Virus record (IMG/VR): IMGVR_UViG_3300006105_000076 | Span: 1 to 30,945 of that record | Direction: 5' to 3' (one strand) | DNA length: 30,945 bases | Source of the DNA: a virus | Lineage: Duplodnaviria; Caudoviricetes | In this document: positions 1 through 7,772 of the stretch, in pieces | Layout: every line of letters starts with the position of its first letter | Position numbering within the stretch: the first letter of the stretch is position 1 | Notes under the pieces: generated by a model | What the model was told of the DNA's origin: nothing | The model's input: only the letters and a program-made list of their open reading frames with translations | Database searches by the model: none | Made by a program: the position numbers and the translations under genes

Positions 1-9
1 GGCGGCAAC
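1..9 (+). repeat. Terminal direct repeat GGCGGCAAC (left copy), putative cos end
   Basis: Identical to 30937-30945. Confidence 0.75.
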
Positions 10-56
10 TCCCGATGGAAATTTTATTTTCTAAAAGATTCCTTACCGGGGTGGGG

Positions 57-238
57 TGGCAGGCCAGCTCGATTTTTTCCCCAGATCTCTCAGCACGTTT
101 TTAAGAATACATCAAAACGATCTCGGGGTTTTAACCATCTACCTGCCATACCTACCACTCCCTACCATTAAAGTATTAGAGAATAGAGAGATATGAAGAG
201 GCAGGTAGGGTTGGCGCACCAGAACGCCGTGGCAGGTA
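57..238. repeat. GGCAGGTA(G) iteron-like repeats, putative replication origin
   Basis: CTACCTGCC 139-147 (inverted), GGCAGGTAG 200-208, TGGCAGGTA 230-238, partial copies 57-63, 149-157, 161-167; inverted copies flank an AT-rich spacer; non-coding, downstream of helicase. Confidence 0.55.
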
Positions 239-387
239 AATTATACCAACCAGACCATAATCAGTTATTACCCGATCCCTTTTAATCAATCACCTCACGA
301 ATCACCCATTCGACCAGCCATCATGATCTTTGAATACAAAGGGCGCGGGTAAGCCTGTTGCCACAAATGTTGCAACTAACTAACCAA

Positions 388-426
388 AGAAAAACCCCGC
401 GCATGGATTCCATGACACGGGGATTT
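388..426 (-). terminator. Rho-independent terminator after the helicase gene
   Basis: Stem CCCCG..CATGG-att-CCATG..CGGGG followed by a T-run on the minus strand, about 20 bp after the stop at 447. Confidence 0.7.
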
Positions 427-446
427 AATTGAAGGAAATTGAACGA

Positions 447-1544
447 TCAGACGATCCGATACTTCCGCGAATTATGGTTCCCGATTCGTTCAAACTTGAT
501 CGGGCAGTCACCCTGGGCAAAACGGAAGATCCGGCCATTGTAGGCACGGAAGATCTTACCCATAGCGGATCGGCTCTTCGGCCAGATCTCGAACTCCTTC
601 GTCTCCTTGTCGATCTTTCCATTGATGTGATCGGCAAAGAGATTCTCCTCACGGCAGATCCAGATCAAATCATCGAAACCAATGCCATCACGGCACTTCA
701 GCTCGATGGCATCGCGGAAGACCCCGGCAGCCATCTTCGTCACCAGCGTCTTCATATCGGCACCATCCTGATCTCCGAACTCATCCGCATCCAGACGCCG
801 CAGCGGCGACCCGAATCCAGCATGCTCAACGATCCCACCGATCACTCGTGACCATTCTTCAAAGCCAACAAGCCTCTCGGTGCCTTCAGGCATACCAGCA
901 TCAGCCCACGCTTGGATCAGTGAGGCCAGCGCCGAGAGAATCGAATGCCTGATCTCAGGACGCTCCAGATACCCATCGGAGATCGGGTGCTTGATCTTGC
1001 GAGCCTGCGGATCCGCCTCAAGGTTGAACAAATCCACGAATAGCATGCGCCCCATCAGATCGGGGGAAACCTCCGCCTGATTGCACGAGAACATTACCAT
1101 CGTCCGCTTCTGAATCTCAAAGGTACGGTTTCCACCCATCCGGCGACCGGAATGCACCGACGACGTTGCAAAGGCCTCCAACGCGGCTCCCTCGAGCTTG
1201 TGACGGATATTGTCGAATACCAGGGACTGATACCCAGCCAGCACGGCAGAATCGAGAACTTTGGCCACCTCTTCCTTCTCCTCCGGCAGCGCCATCATGC
1301 GGCAGTACCCAGTCACAGGAATTTCCACGATCTTGATTAGAAGAGACTTTCCCGAGCGGGGTGAGTTGGCATTCCAGCAGAAAAACGGAATCTGACCCGA
1401 TCCATCGATCACAAGGAAGCGCGAAACCATCGCCGCAATTTGAACCGAGAGCGACCTCCCACCATCCTCGGCAAAGGGGAACTCCGACAGCAGATCCCGC
1501 AAGAACTTTGTAGCCTGAGGAAGTGGCACAATATCGTAATTCAT
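447..1544 (-). CDS. P-loop ATPase/helicase domain of a phage primase-helicase-type protein (C-terminal part)
   Basis: Walker A NSPRSGKS, Walker B LVFDNI, motif C FSCN, arginine finger DLMGR; SD AAGGAGGGG and ATGA overlap. Confidence 0.8.
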   Translation of the reverse strand: MNYDIVPLPQATKFLRDLLSEFPFAEDGGRSLSVQIAAMVSRFLVIDGSGQIPFFCWNANSPRSGKSLLIKIVEIPVTGYCRMMALPEEKEEVAKVLDSAVLAGYQSLVFDNIRHKLEGAALEAFATSSVHSGRRMGGNRTFEIQKRTMVMFSCNQAEVSPDLMGRMLFVDLFNLEADPQARKIKHPISDGYLERPEIRHSILSALASLIQAWADAGMPEGTERLVGFEEWSRVIGGIVEHAGFGSPLRRLDADEFGDQDGADMKTLVTKMAAGVFRDAIELKCRDGIGFDDLIWICREENLFADHINGKIDKETKEFEIWPKSRSAMGKIFRAYNGRIFRFAQGDCPIKFERIGNHNSRKYRIV

Positions 1545-2572
1545 TTCCCCTCCTTGAGCTTCTGCACCTCATCGCGTAGGTAGCGGATGCAAGTTGTAAT
1601 GTCGGGTATTGGATCAGTTATCCAATCACGATCTTCCAATCGTTTTAGCTCAGTATCGAGCGGTATCTCATCTTGTGGCGGCAACTTCGGATCAACCACA
1701 TGGGTCGCGGTCTCGTAGTTTGGGTTAGGAATCCATTTCTGCTTTGGCAACGGGCGGCGGGTGCGGGCCTTTACCAAGCCATCCCAATATCCGACTTTGT
1801 AACCGATAGATGACTTGGCGGTCTGCCAATCTTTTTCGGGCCACTGGATCTCATCCCCTTCGCAGATCACCTCGTCAGGGCCAAGCTCTCGCCATTCGGG
1901 TTCAGTTATTCGAGAATCTTGGATAACTGGTTCCTCTGGCGCGGTGGCGATGGAGGATTCTGCTTTTTCTGCCCGTTCATTCCAATACATTTCGTTTTTG
2001 TGGTATCGGAGAGCATCCATCTCCCAGAGCTTTGCGGAGTGTTCTGCCTTGTTCAGAAGCTCACGGAGCCTTGCGACTTCTTCTTCTAAATCCATGCGCT
2101 CGACATCTGCCTCATCAAAGCAGTTATAATAGTATTCAAAGAGGTCTGTGAGTTGCTCGTTCTTCTCACGGAGCCTTTCGACCTCGGCTTCTAGTTTGAG
2201 GTTCATTTCTCCGACTGGTTCACAAGCGTAGCAGGAGCCTTGGCATCCTCGTGTAAAGCGATCAAGTTCCTCACGGAGCCTTGCTGTCATGTGGGCATCC
2301 CTCCTGAGAGCATACAGCTCCTTCTCCAGCTCCCGTGCCAGGGCAACCAGACCCCCATGATTGTGGAATGAATAGAAGACAGCATCTGTCCTCGGCGTCT
2401 CCGATTGCCTGATCCGGCGCTCCTGATCATTACGCACCTGATCGGCACGCTCCCATCCATTCTCCCAGCCACGCTGATAGCCCTCCTTCACACGCTCCTC
2501 CGTGCTTGGCAGCGTCCCGTCGGGATTCAGGAATCGGATCCCTTCACTATTCCAGTATTCTTCGGCAGTCAT
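1541..2572 (-). CDS. Mosaic coiled-coil phage early protein
   Basis: SD TAGGAGG; ETPRTDA..LARELEKEL segment; three RLRE-delimited modules. Confidence 0.8.
   Translation of the reverse strand: MTAEEYWNSEGIRFLNPDGTLPSTEERVKEGYQRGWENGWERADQVRNDQERRIRQSETPRTDAVFYSFHNHGGLVALARELEKELYALRRDAHMTARLREELDRFTRGCQGSCYACEPVGEMNLKLEAEVERLREKNEQLTDLFEYYYNCFDEADVERMDLEEEVARLRELLNKAEHSAKLWEMDALRYHKNEMYWNERAEKAESSIATAPEEPVIQDSRITEPEWRELGPDEVICEGDEIQWPEKDWQTAKSSIGYKVGYWDGLVKARTRRPLPKQKWIPNPNYETATHVVDPKLPPQDEIPLDTELKRLEDRDWITDPIPDITTCIRYLRDEVQKLKEGK
2060..2282 (+). repeat. 13-bp repeat CTCACGGAGCCTT x3 with exact 105-bp period
   Basis: Copies start at 2060, 2165, 2270; intervening 92-bp segments largely unrelated. 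Confidence 0.9.
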
Positions 2573-2595
2573 CGTTGGTCCTCCTAGGCTGCTGG

Positions 2596-2901
2596 TTAGA
2601 ATGGGATATCGTCCTCGGCGATCTCCGGCGACGTGGCACGGGTGATCGGGGCCGCAATCGGCGTCCTGGTATCGGCGGCACGAGGGGTGAAAATCGTGAA
2701 ATTCCCGATGATCGGCATCTGGAGATCAGGATTGGCATCACGCTCCTCACGCGAGACCCCCTGCTTTACGAATCCATCATAGCCGAACTCATCCCGGCCA
2801 TTCTTGTTCTCGATCAGAACCAGATCGAGGTAGTTGTGCTTCTTCCCGCGATAGAGACGATTCTTATCGATCAGGTTGGTTTTGATTTTAACGGTAATCA
2901 T
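2596..2901 (-). CDS. Phage single-stranded DNA-binding protein (putative)
   Basis: Small beta-rich core (IDKNRLYRGKK..YLDL..DEFGYDGFVKQ..PIIGN), flexible linker, acidic EDDIPF tail. Confidence 0.7.
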   Translation of the reverse strand: MITVKIKTNLIDKNRLYRGKKHNYLDLVLIENKNGRDEFGYDGFVKQGVSREERDANPDLQMPIIGNFTIFTPRAADTRTPIAAPITRATSPEIAEDDIPF

Positions 2902-2914
2902 GGTGTTAGGTGTT

Positions 2915-3787
2915 TTAGGTGGCGGGTTGGGTTGTTGGTTTGGGGTTGAGTGGTTCGATCAGGATCTGCGAGGTTGCGTCATAGCCGGGTCCGAGCCACT
3001 CCAGCTTGTTCTCCTTGCGGAGGATCGGCAGCTCGATGCGGGAGATCATCCGGAGGGGACGCTGCTGCTTGCGGAACTCATGCGAGGTCAGGACCGCCGA
3101 GGCGACCATCTTTCCCATCGACTCGTAGCCTTTCTCATAGGTCGTTTTCCCGTCATCGCCCTTCTTTTTGATCGACCTCCAGAACAGACAATCCTTTTCC
3201 ACATAGGTTCGGAAGCTGTCCGAGTTCAGATCCTCCATGCGGTCGCTATGGGGTTGCAGGACCACCGGCACACCATCGAGCAGGAATACCCCGTTGCGTG
3301 AGCAGACCGCCCCGACATCACGGGCAAAATCCGACAGAATCCGATTCACCCGTGGCAGCTCGATCTCCTCCCGCAGTACCGGATTCTTATCCTCCAGGGC
3401 ACCCAGCGCAGCGGCGGCCTCCTCCGCAGTCAGATTGCCATCCTTCAGCCTCTGGGCGATGGCCGACTTAGCACGACGGGCATGGCAGAGCTTCAGCGAC
3501 TCCAGGGCGGATTCGATCACGCCCCAGGCATCCATGCCGGGGATCACGGCGGCAGGGCCTCCGACGAAATCAAGACGGCCCGACTCCATCAGCGCCTGCG
3601 TGATGGTTATGAGATTGGCCGGACGCCCCTTCTGCTCGATCTCACGGGCATGAAGGAAAATCTCCGCACAGATCGGCGACAGCCAATCCGGCGAGAACCC
3701 TTTCACCTCCGAGACCTGCCGACTTCCGTTGGCGACGATCCATCCCCGCACCAGATCATCGGCGCGGGGGTCAGTATATTGTTCCAT
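2915..3787 (-). CDS. DnaB-like N-terminal domain fused to the pre-ATPase region of a phage helicase (N-terminal part)
   Basis: EIF..IEQKGRPANLITITQALMESGRLDFVGGPA resembles DnaB NTD; ends LPILRKENKLEWLGPGYDATSQIL; no Walker A. Confidence 0.65.
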   Translation of the reverse strand: MEQYTDPRADDLVRGWIVANGSRQVSEVKGFSPDWLSPICAEIFLHAREIEQKGRPANLITITQALMESGRLDFVGGPAAVIPGMDAWGVIESALESLKLCHARRAKSAIAQRLKDGNLTAEEAAAALGALEDKNPVLREEIELPRVNRILSDFARDVGAVCSRNGVFLLDGVPVVLQPHSDRMEDLNSDSFRTYVEKDCLFWRSIKKKGDDGKTTYEKGYESMGKMVASAVLTSHEFRKQQRPLRMISRIELPILRKENKLEWLGPGYDATSQILIEPLNPKPTTQPAT

Positions 3788-3824
3788 TCTTTCTAATTCC
3801 TCCCTGTGGGTCTAGCGACCCGTG

Positions 3825-4085
3825 TCAATTCGTGAACGTCACCTGCCAGACATGCGGCTCAGGCCATCGGTCATCAGGATTCAGACAGACAATCTCGTGA
3901 CGCAGATGCCGCTTCATCACGTTCAGGATCTTCACGATCAGCGATGAGGCCGCATACTTCTCACCGGCAGTGCAGGTAGCCCGAAGGGGCTTGGGGAATA
4001 ATCCCTTCAGCTCTTCGGGAACTCCCGTGATCTTGGCCGTGGCAAAATTCCCCGGCTTATCGGTCGTGGTGATCTCAAAGGTCAT
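3825..4085 (-). CDS. Hypothetical protein (86 aa, start moved to MTFEITT)
   Basis: SD TAGGAGG and ATGA overlap with upstream stop at 4082. Confidence 0.7.
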   Translation of the reverse strand: MTFEITTTDKPGNFATAKITGVPEELKGLFPKPLRATCTAGEKYAASSLIVKILNVMKRHLRHEIVCLNPDDRWPEPHVWQVTFTN

Positions 4086-4306
4086 TGCGGACCTCCTAAA
4101 TCTATAACCAAAGCATTTTTGCCATTTTCTTTTGCCCAATTTTCAAAGATTTCATCGCGCCATTTTTTATAGCTAGAAATGAATTTGTTATCGTTGGCTT
4201 TTGAATGAGGAATTTCTGGATCCCATTCGCAAAAAACTTCTCCTGTATCACAAATTTTCATTCTGCAAATCACCCCGCATTCAGAAATAAAAACGTACAT
4301 TTTCAC
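4082..4306 (-). CDS. Hypothetical protein, AT-rich
   Basis: SD AAGGAGG, GTGA overlap; visibly lower GC than neighbours. Confidence 0.7.
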   Translation of the reverse strand: MKMYVFISECGVICRMKICDTGEVFCEWDPEIPHSKANDNKFISSYKKWRDEIFENWAKENGKNALVIDLGGPQ

Positions 4307-4791
4307 TTCGCACCTCCTTCCTTGCTCAGGAGATAATCGTAGAACTCCACCATCGGACGGAGCAGCTCACAGGCCTTTTTCCGCTCCGTGGTGCCCCACT
4401 TCTCCACGGGCACCTTCCGACGCCAGATCGAGAACCACTGGTGGATCCCCTCGATGGTGACGATGGCCGTCCCCTTGCCGAGACCGTCATTGAGCTGCGG
4501 TTTCGTCGTCTCCTCCGAGGGAGGCAGGCCGAGGGCGAGGGAGAGCTGCGAATCAATCTGTTCTTCCGTATCCTCGACGAAATCCTCCCCATACTGCTTC
4601 TCCCCATACTCGCGCCACTGGCGCATCCAGAGAGACGAACACTTCTTGGCCACCTTGATCCGGTAACCGATCTCAAAGAACTCCTGCCCCGAAAGCACCT
4701 CCGGCAGCACCAGACCATCAGGCCTGAAATACCCCGCTGGCGTCAGTACCTGGGCGGAATCCTCTCCTTCCGTTTGTATTTCCAATGTCAT
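4303..4791 (-). CDS. Phage protein with LmbU-like N-terminal region (putative DNA binding)
   Basis: GLVLPE..EFFEIG..SSLWMRQWREYGEKQYG recalls the GLxLP..W..G..WWLGDWxxYG pattern; SD TAGGAGG. Confidence 0.55.
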   Translation of the reverse strand: MTLEIQTEGEDSAQVLTPAGYFRPDGLVLPEVLSGQEFFEIGYRIKVAKKCSSLWMRQWREYGEKQYGEDFVEDTEEQIDSQLSLALGLPPSEETTKPQLNDGLGKGTAIVTIEGIHQWFSIWRRKVPVEKWGTTERKKACELLRPMVEFYDYLLSKEGGAK

Positions 4792-4817
4792 CGTTATTCC
4801 TCCTAGTTATTTTGCCG

Positions 4818-5315
4818 CTAGGCTCCCCGACGGCGATTGAGTTGAGCCTCCCGAAACTTCTCCCTTGATCCCTCCGACTTGCGGTACTTCGTCACCTCGA
4901 CTCCCAAAATGTCGGCAAAGGCGCAGACATAATGGCTTACCAAGGCGCGGGTCACTCCCAGCTCCCGTGCGATCTCGGCCTGTGACTTCCTCCCGTTGAG
5001 CTGATCCAGACCGGCACAGAGCGCAAGGGCCTGAGCTTGTACGGCGAGATTCTGGCACGTCAGCAGGGACGCAATGATGTGACCGAACTGCTCCCGATGC
5101 GCTCCGGAGAGCTTTTCAGCCTCCTCCTTGTGCCATTTCAGGACACGAAGCGCCTGCGGCGGCGTGATCCCGAGCAGATCGGCAAGAACCTCCTCCTCGG
5201 AATCAATCTCCGATGCCAGATCCGGCTCATAGGCACTCTCCATCGAATCACCCACCCAGGCACGGAAAGCGCCGTCAGGAGATGCCGAGACACCACTGTG
5301 ATGATTGAACATCAT
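4818..5315 (-). CDS. HTH protein with sigma-70 region 4-like helix-turn-helix; candidate late activator
   Basis: KSQAEIARELGVTRALVSHY; start reassigned to MMFNHH (ATGA overlap at 5312-5315). Confidence 0.7.
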   Translation of the reverse strand: MMFNHHSGVSASPDGAFRAWVGDSMESAYEPDLASEIDSEEEVLADLLGITPPQALRVLKWHKEEAEKLSGAHREQFGHIIASLLTCQNLAVQAQALALCAGLDQLNGRKSQAEIARELGVTRALVSHYVCAFADILGVEVTKYRKSEGSREKFREAQLNRRRGA

Positions 5316-5641
5316 GCCGCCCCCTTTCGCAGACCGAGGAATGACCTGATCCGGCACGCCTTGTGACCCGTCAGGTCACAGAGAACATCCAGTCCCGATC
5401 CATTCAGGAAATGCAGCAGGGCAAAGACCTCCTTCCCCGAGATCATTCCATCGATCTGGTCCACCTGATAATTTGCCTGACGGCAGCGGCTGAACCGACG
5501 GCGGCCCACCTTGTAGACATCTCGCGGCTGACCATTGGCGACGATCCCCTTCCGCTCAAAAATGCGGTAATCATCGATCGCCTGATTGATCACGGCAGAA
5601 AGCAGCCCGACCAGAGCATCATCCTCGGTGGTTTGCTTCAT
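5312..5641 (-). CDS. Hypothetical protein (109 aa)
   Basis: Start MKQTTE via ATGA overlap and GGAGG; LLSAVINQAIDDY helix. Confidence 0.7.
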   Translation of the reverse strand: MKQTTEDDALVGLLSAVINQAIDDYRIFERKGIVANGQPRDVYKVGRRRFSRCRQANYQVDQIDGMISGKEVFALLHFLNGSGLDVLCDLTGHKACRIRSFLGLRKGAA

Positions 5642-5835
5642 CGGATTCCGATCGCCTCCTGCTTGCGGTTCTCCATCTGGATCGACCGAGCCTTCGAGGA
5701 ACGACGGGCACCGGAGACCGCCCCGCCACGTTTGCCCAGGAACGAACAAGCCGCATACCAGTCGCAGCCATGCTCACGCATCACCGAGCGCACCTTCATC
5801 TCCCATCCCAAGCGATCAAGGGGCTTGGAATTCAT
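5638..5835 (-). CDS. Small basic hypothetical protein
   Basis: SD AAGGAGG; ATGA overlaps at both ends. Confidence 0.7.
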   Translation of the reverse strand: MNSKPLDRLGWEMKVRSVMREHGCDWYAACSFLGKRGGAVSGARRSSKARSIQMENRKQEAIGIR

Positions 5836-6050
5836 CGCACGGCCTCCTTGCGGTTCAGATCGGCGACACCGGAGTAGGAAACAAACCGATTCAGATCCTG
5901 ATCAGGTGACAGCCAGGTAATCTCATCGAGGAAGCGATTCGATCCATTGCCCGGGGCAGGGGACTGGAAACAATCAAAGCAAACCAGATCCCCGTCATTG
6001 CGGAGGAAATGACCAAACTCCTCCCCGCAGAACAAACAGCACCGGCTCAT
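5832..6050 (-). CDS. Small zinc-finger protein (72 aa)
   Basis: CLFC...CFDC; GGAGGTG SD before ATG at 6050. Confidence 0.65.
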   Translation of the reverse strand: MSRCCLFCGEEFGHFLRNDGDLVCFDCFQSPAPGNGSNRFLDEITWLSPDQDLNRFVSYSGVADLNRKEAVR

Positions 6051-6139
6051 CGCCCACCTCCCTTGCGGACGAATTCCCACGAGATGACAAACATCGTTGC
6101 GGCTGCAAGGCCCAGATAGAAACGCTCCAGATTATTCAT
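6047..6139 (-). CDS. 30-aa hydrophobic peptide MNNLERFYLGLAAATMFVISWEFVRKGGGR (absent from ORF track)
   Basis: Exactly fills the gap with ATGA overlaps at both ends; GGAGG SD. Confidence 0.65.
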   Translation of the reverse strand: MNNLERFYLGLAAATMFVISWEFVRKGGGR

Positions 6140-6366
6140 CGGGAACCTCCCATGATCTGATCGACCAGATCGCCGACTCGTGGCGACATCGATGTCGAGG
6201 GATACACCGTGCTGCGGATCTTCAGGCCGGTCCGGCGCTGAAGCATCGATTTTTCAAACCCCGTGAAGCGGCGATACCAGATCCAGAAACGGACCATCTG
6301 GTACGCCAACTCCCGGCGAACGATGAAAAGAACCACCGAGAGAACGCCCAAGAAAAGGGCGATCAT
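6136..6366 (-). CDS. Small membrane-anchored protein
   Basis: N-terminal hydrophobic helix; GAAAGGGGG SD-like. Confidence 0.65.
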   Translation of the reverse strand: MIALFLGVLSVVLFIVRRELAYQMVRFWIWYRRFTGFEKSMLQRRTGLKIRSTVYPSTSMSPRVGDLVDQIMGGSR

Positions 6367-6386
6367 GCGGCCCCCTTTCGTGCATC

Positions 6387-6560
6387 AGGGCACACTAGGG
6401 CACACTGGGAACCCCGATTAACAGAGTGGCGGTGAGGGAGGGATTCGAACCCTCGGTACGAGTACACATCAAGTTTAAGCATGGTTTTTCGTGGTTTACA
6501 GAGATACGGCGTGGTGTTTTTTGGTATGTTTTGATCTCGCAGGGCACACTGGGGCACACT
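6387..6560. other. attP: tRNA-Ser 3'-end core (6427-6460) flanked by arm-type integrase sites
   Basis: Minus strand CGTACCGAGGGTTCGAATCCCTCCCTCACCGCCA = T-arm, acceptor strand, discriminator G and CCA of a tRNA-Ser; tandem RGGGCACACT at 6387-6406 and 6541-6560. Confidence 0.92.
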
Positions 6561-6572
6561 ACTTTTATTTTC

Positions 6573-7640
6573 ATGGCCTCGTTGTTCACCCGCGAAAGAA
6601 GTCCGTTCTGGTGGATTAAATTCCGAAACTGCAAGGGAACGGTTCAAAGAAAGCCCACGGCGTATCGTCTTGATTCCAAATTGGAGACGAGGAAAGCGCG
6701 GGAATTGGCGATGCTTCGAAGTGTGGAGGAGTTCCGCTATGCGGGAACTGGTCCCGGGGAGGATCGGCATCTCAAGAACTGGGTGCCGCTGTGGCTTCAC
6801 GGCACAAAGAGCGGATTGACCTTGAAGCGTTATCTCGGTGCCTGGACGCCCCTGAGCATTTTCTTTGATGCGAAGGGTATCGTTCTTGCCGAGCAGATCA
6901 CCAGGGCGGATTGCCATGAATACTTCGCAACCCGCCGCATCGATATCGGCGGCCTTGGAAAAACTCACACCAACACGGTTCTTTTTGACCTGAAAGTTCT
7001 CCGCACGATTCTCTTTGAAGCAATGCGCCGCGACTGGATCCTCTACAATCCCGCCAGCCGACTTGGGATCAAAGCGGTAAAACCTAAGGAAAGGGCGGAA
7101 ATGACCACCGAGGACATTGAAATCGTGCGATCCAATCTTCCCGAAGGAAGCGGAATGCGGATTGCCTTTGAGATCGCCCTGCATCAGGGGTGCCGGTTGC
7201 GGGAGACGAGCCTGCCTTTGGATCGTTTCGATCTGGAGGATGGAACGGTCACCTTCGATGTGAAGGGAGGAGGCACCCATGTCACCCTGATTCACCCCGA
7301 GCTGCGGCCCTTGATTGAGAAACTGATCAAAGTAAAAAGGAAAATGACTTGGGTTTACGAGGAGCAGGCTGCCAGAGACTTTTTCCGGCTTTTTAAGAAA
7401 CTCAAACTTCGCAAACGTGCGATCAGCTTCCATTCGACGCGGGTGACCGCCGTGACGCGGATGGCACGCAGCGGATCGGTCAGCGAACAACAGGCGATGC
7501 GCTTTATCGGGCATAGCTCGACGGTTGTTCATAAGGTGTATCAGAGGCTTGGGGCGCACGATTTGGTGAACTGCCTGGACGCCTTGTCCGGTTCCAAAAA
7601 CCTGTTGAGCGGAAAGAACGATTTTGCCGCAGCCATTTGA
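6573..7640 (+). CDS. int: Tyrosine recombinase (integrase)
   Basis: HQGCRLRE, VKGG, FHSTR, IGH, KVY catalytic set; arm-binding N-terminus MASLFTRERSPFWWIKF. Confidence 0.95.
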   Translation: MASLFTRERSPFWWIKFRNCKGTVQRKPTAYRLDSKLETRKARELAMLRSVEEFRYAGTGPGEDRHLKNWVPLWLHGTKSGLTLKRYLGAWTPLSIFFDAKGIVLAEQITRADCHEYFATRRIDIGGLGKTHTNTVLFDLKVLRTILFEAMRRDWILYNPASRLGIKAVKPKERAEMTTEDIEIVRSNLPEGSGMRIAFEIALHQGCRLRETSLPLDRFDLEDGTVTFDVKGGGTHVTLIHPELRPLIEKLIKVKRKMTWVYEEQAARDFFRLFKKLKLRKRAISFHSTRVTAVTRMARSGSVSEQQAMRFIGHSSTVVHKVYQRLGAHDLVNCLDALSGSKNLLSGKNDFAAAI

Positions 7641-7767
7641 GGGCGTGGCAGACGGTTGTCATCGTCCCGAATTCCATCTCGTAGCCTCCGGCGATCATGG
7701 CCGTCACGTAGCCGGGAGAACGCCCCAGCTTTTCGGCAAGTTGCGATTTGTTGACCAGCGGGGACAT
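7504..7767 (-). CDS. Excisionase-like HTH protein
   Basis: LVNKSQLAEKLGRSPGYV HTH; convergent with and overlapping the int 3' end by 137 bp. Confidence 0.65.
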   Translation of the reverse strand: MSPLVNKSQLAEKLGRSPGYVTAMIAGGYEMEFGTMTTVCHALKWLRQNRSFRSTGFWNRTRRPGSSPNRAPQASDTPYEQPSSYAR

Positions 7768-7772
7768 GGTTT

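Noticed and set aside
2060-2282. CRISPR mini-array
   Set aside because: 13-bp repeat and 92-bp spacers are outside CRISPR ranges, lie in frame within a gene, and no cas genes are present
3823-3828. TTGACA as a late-type element
   Set aside because: 35 nt from the ATG, gene has an SD, and the TGA is the upstream stop; could be an ordinary -35 or chance
6427-6500. Complete tRNA-Ser gene
   Set aside because: Only the 3' part is present; no D-arm, anticodon arm or 5' acceptor strand, so it is the att core
6426-6572. Integrase N-terminal extension from the ORF track
   Set aside because: It is the reverse-strand tRNA fragment and arm sites; a typical integrase N-terminus begins at 6573
6483-7559. 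398-aa antisense ORF as a full protein
   Set aside because: Codon-aligned shadow of int with no recognisable motifs; similar shadows occur elsewhere; only its last 39 codons are kept as a finding
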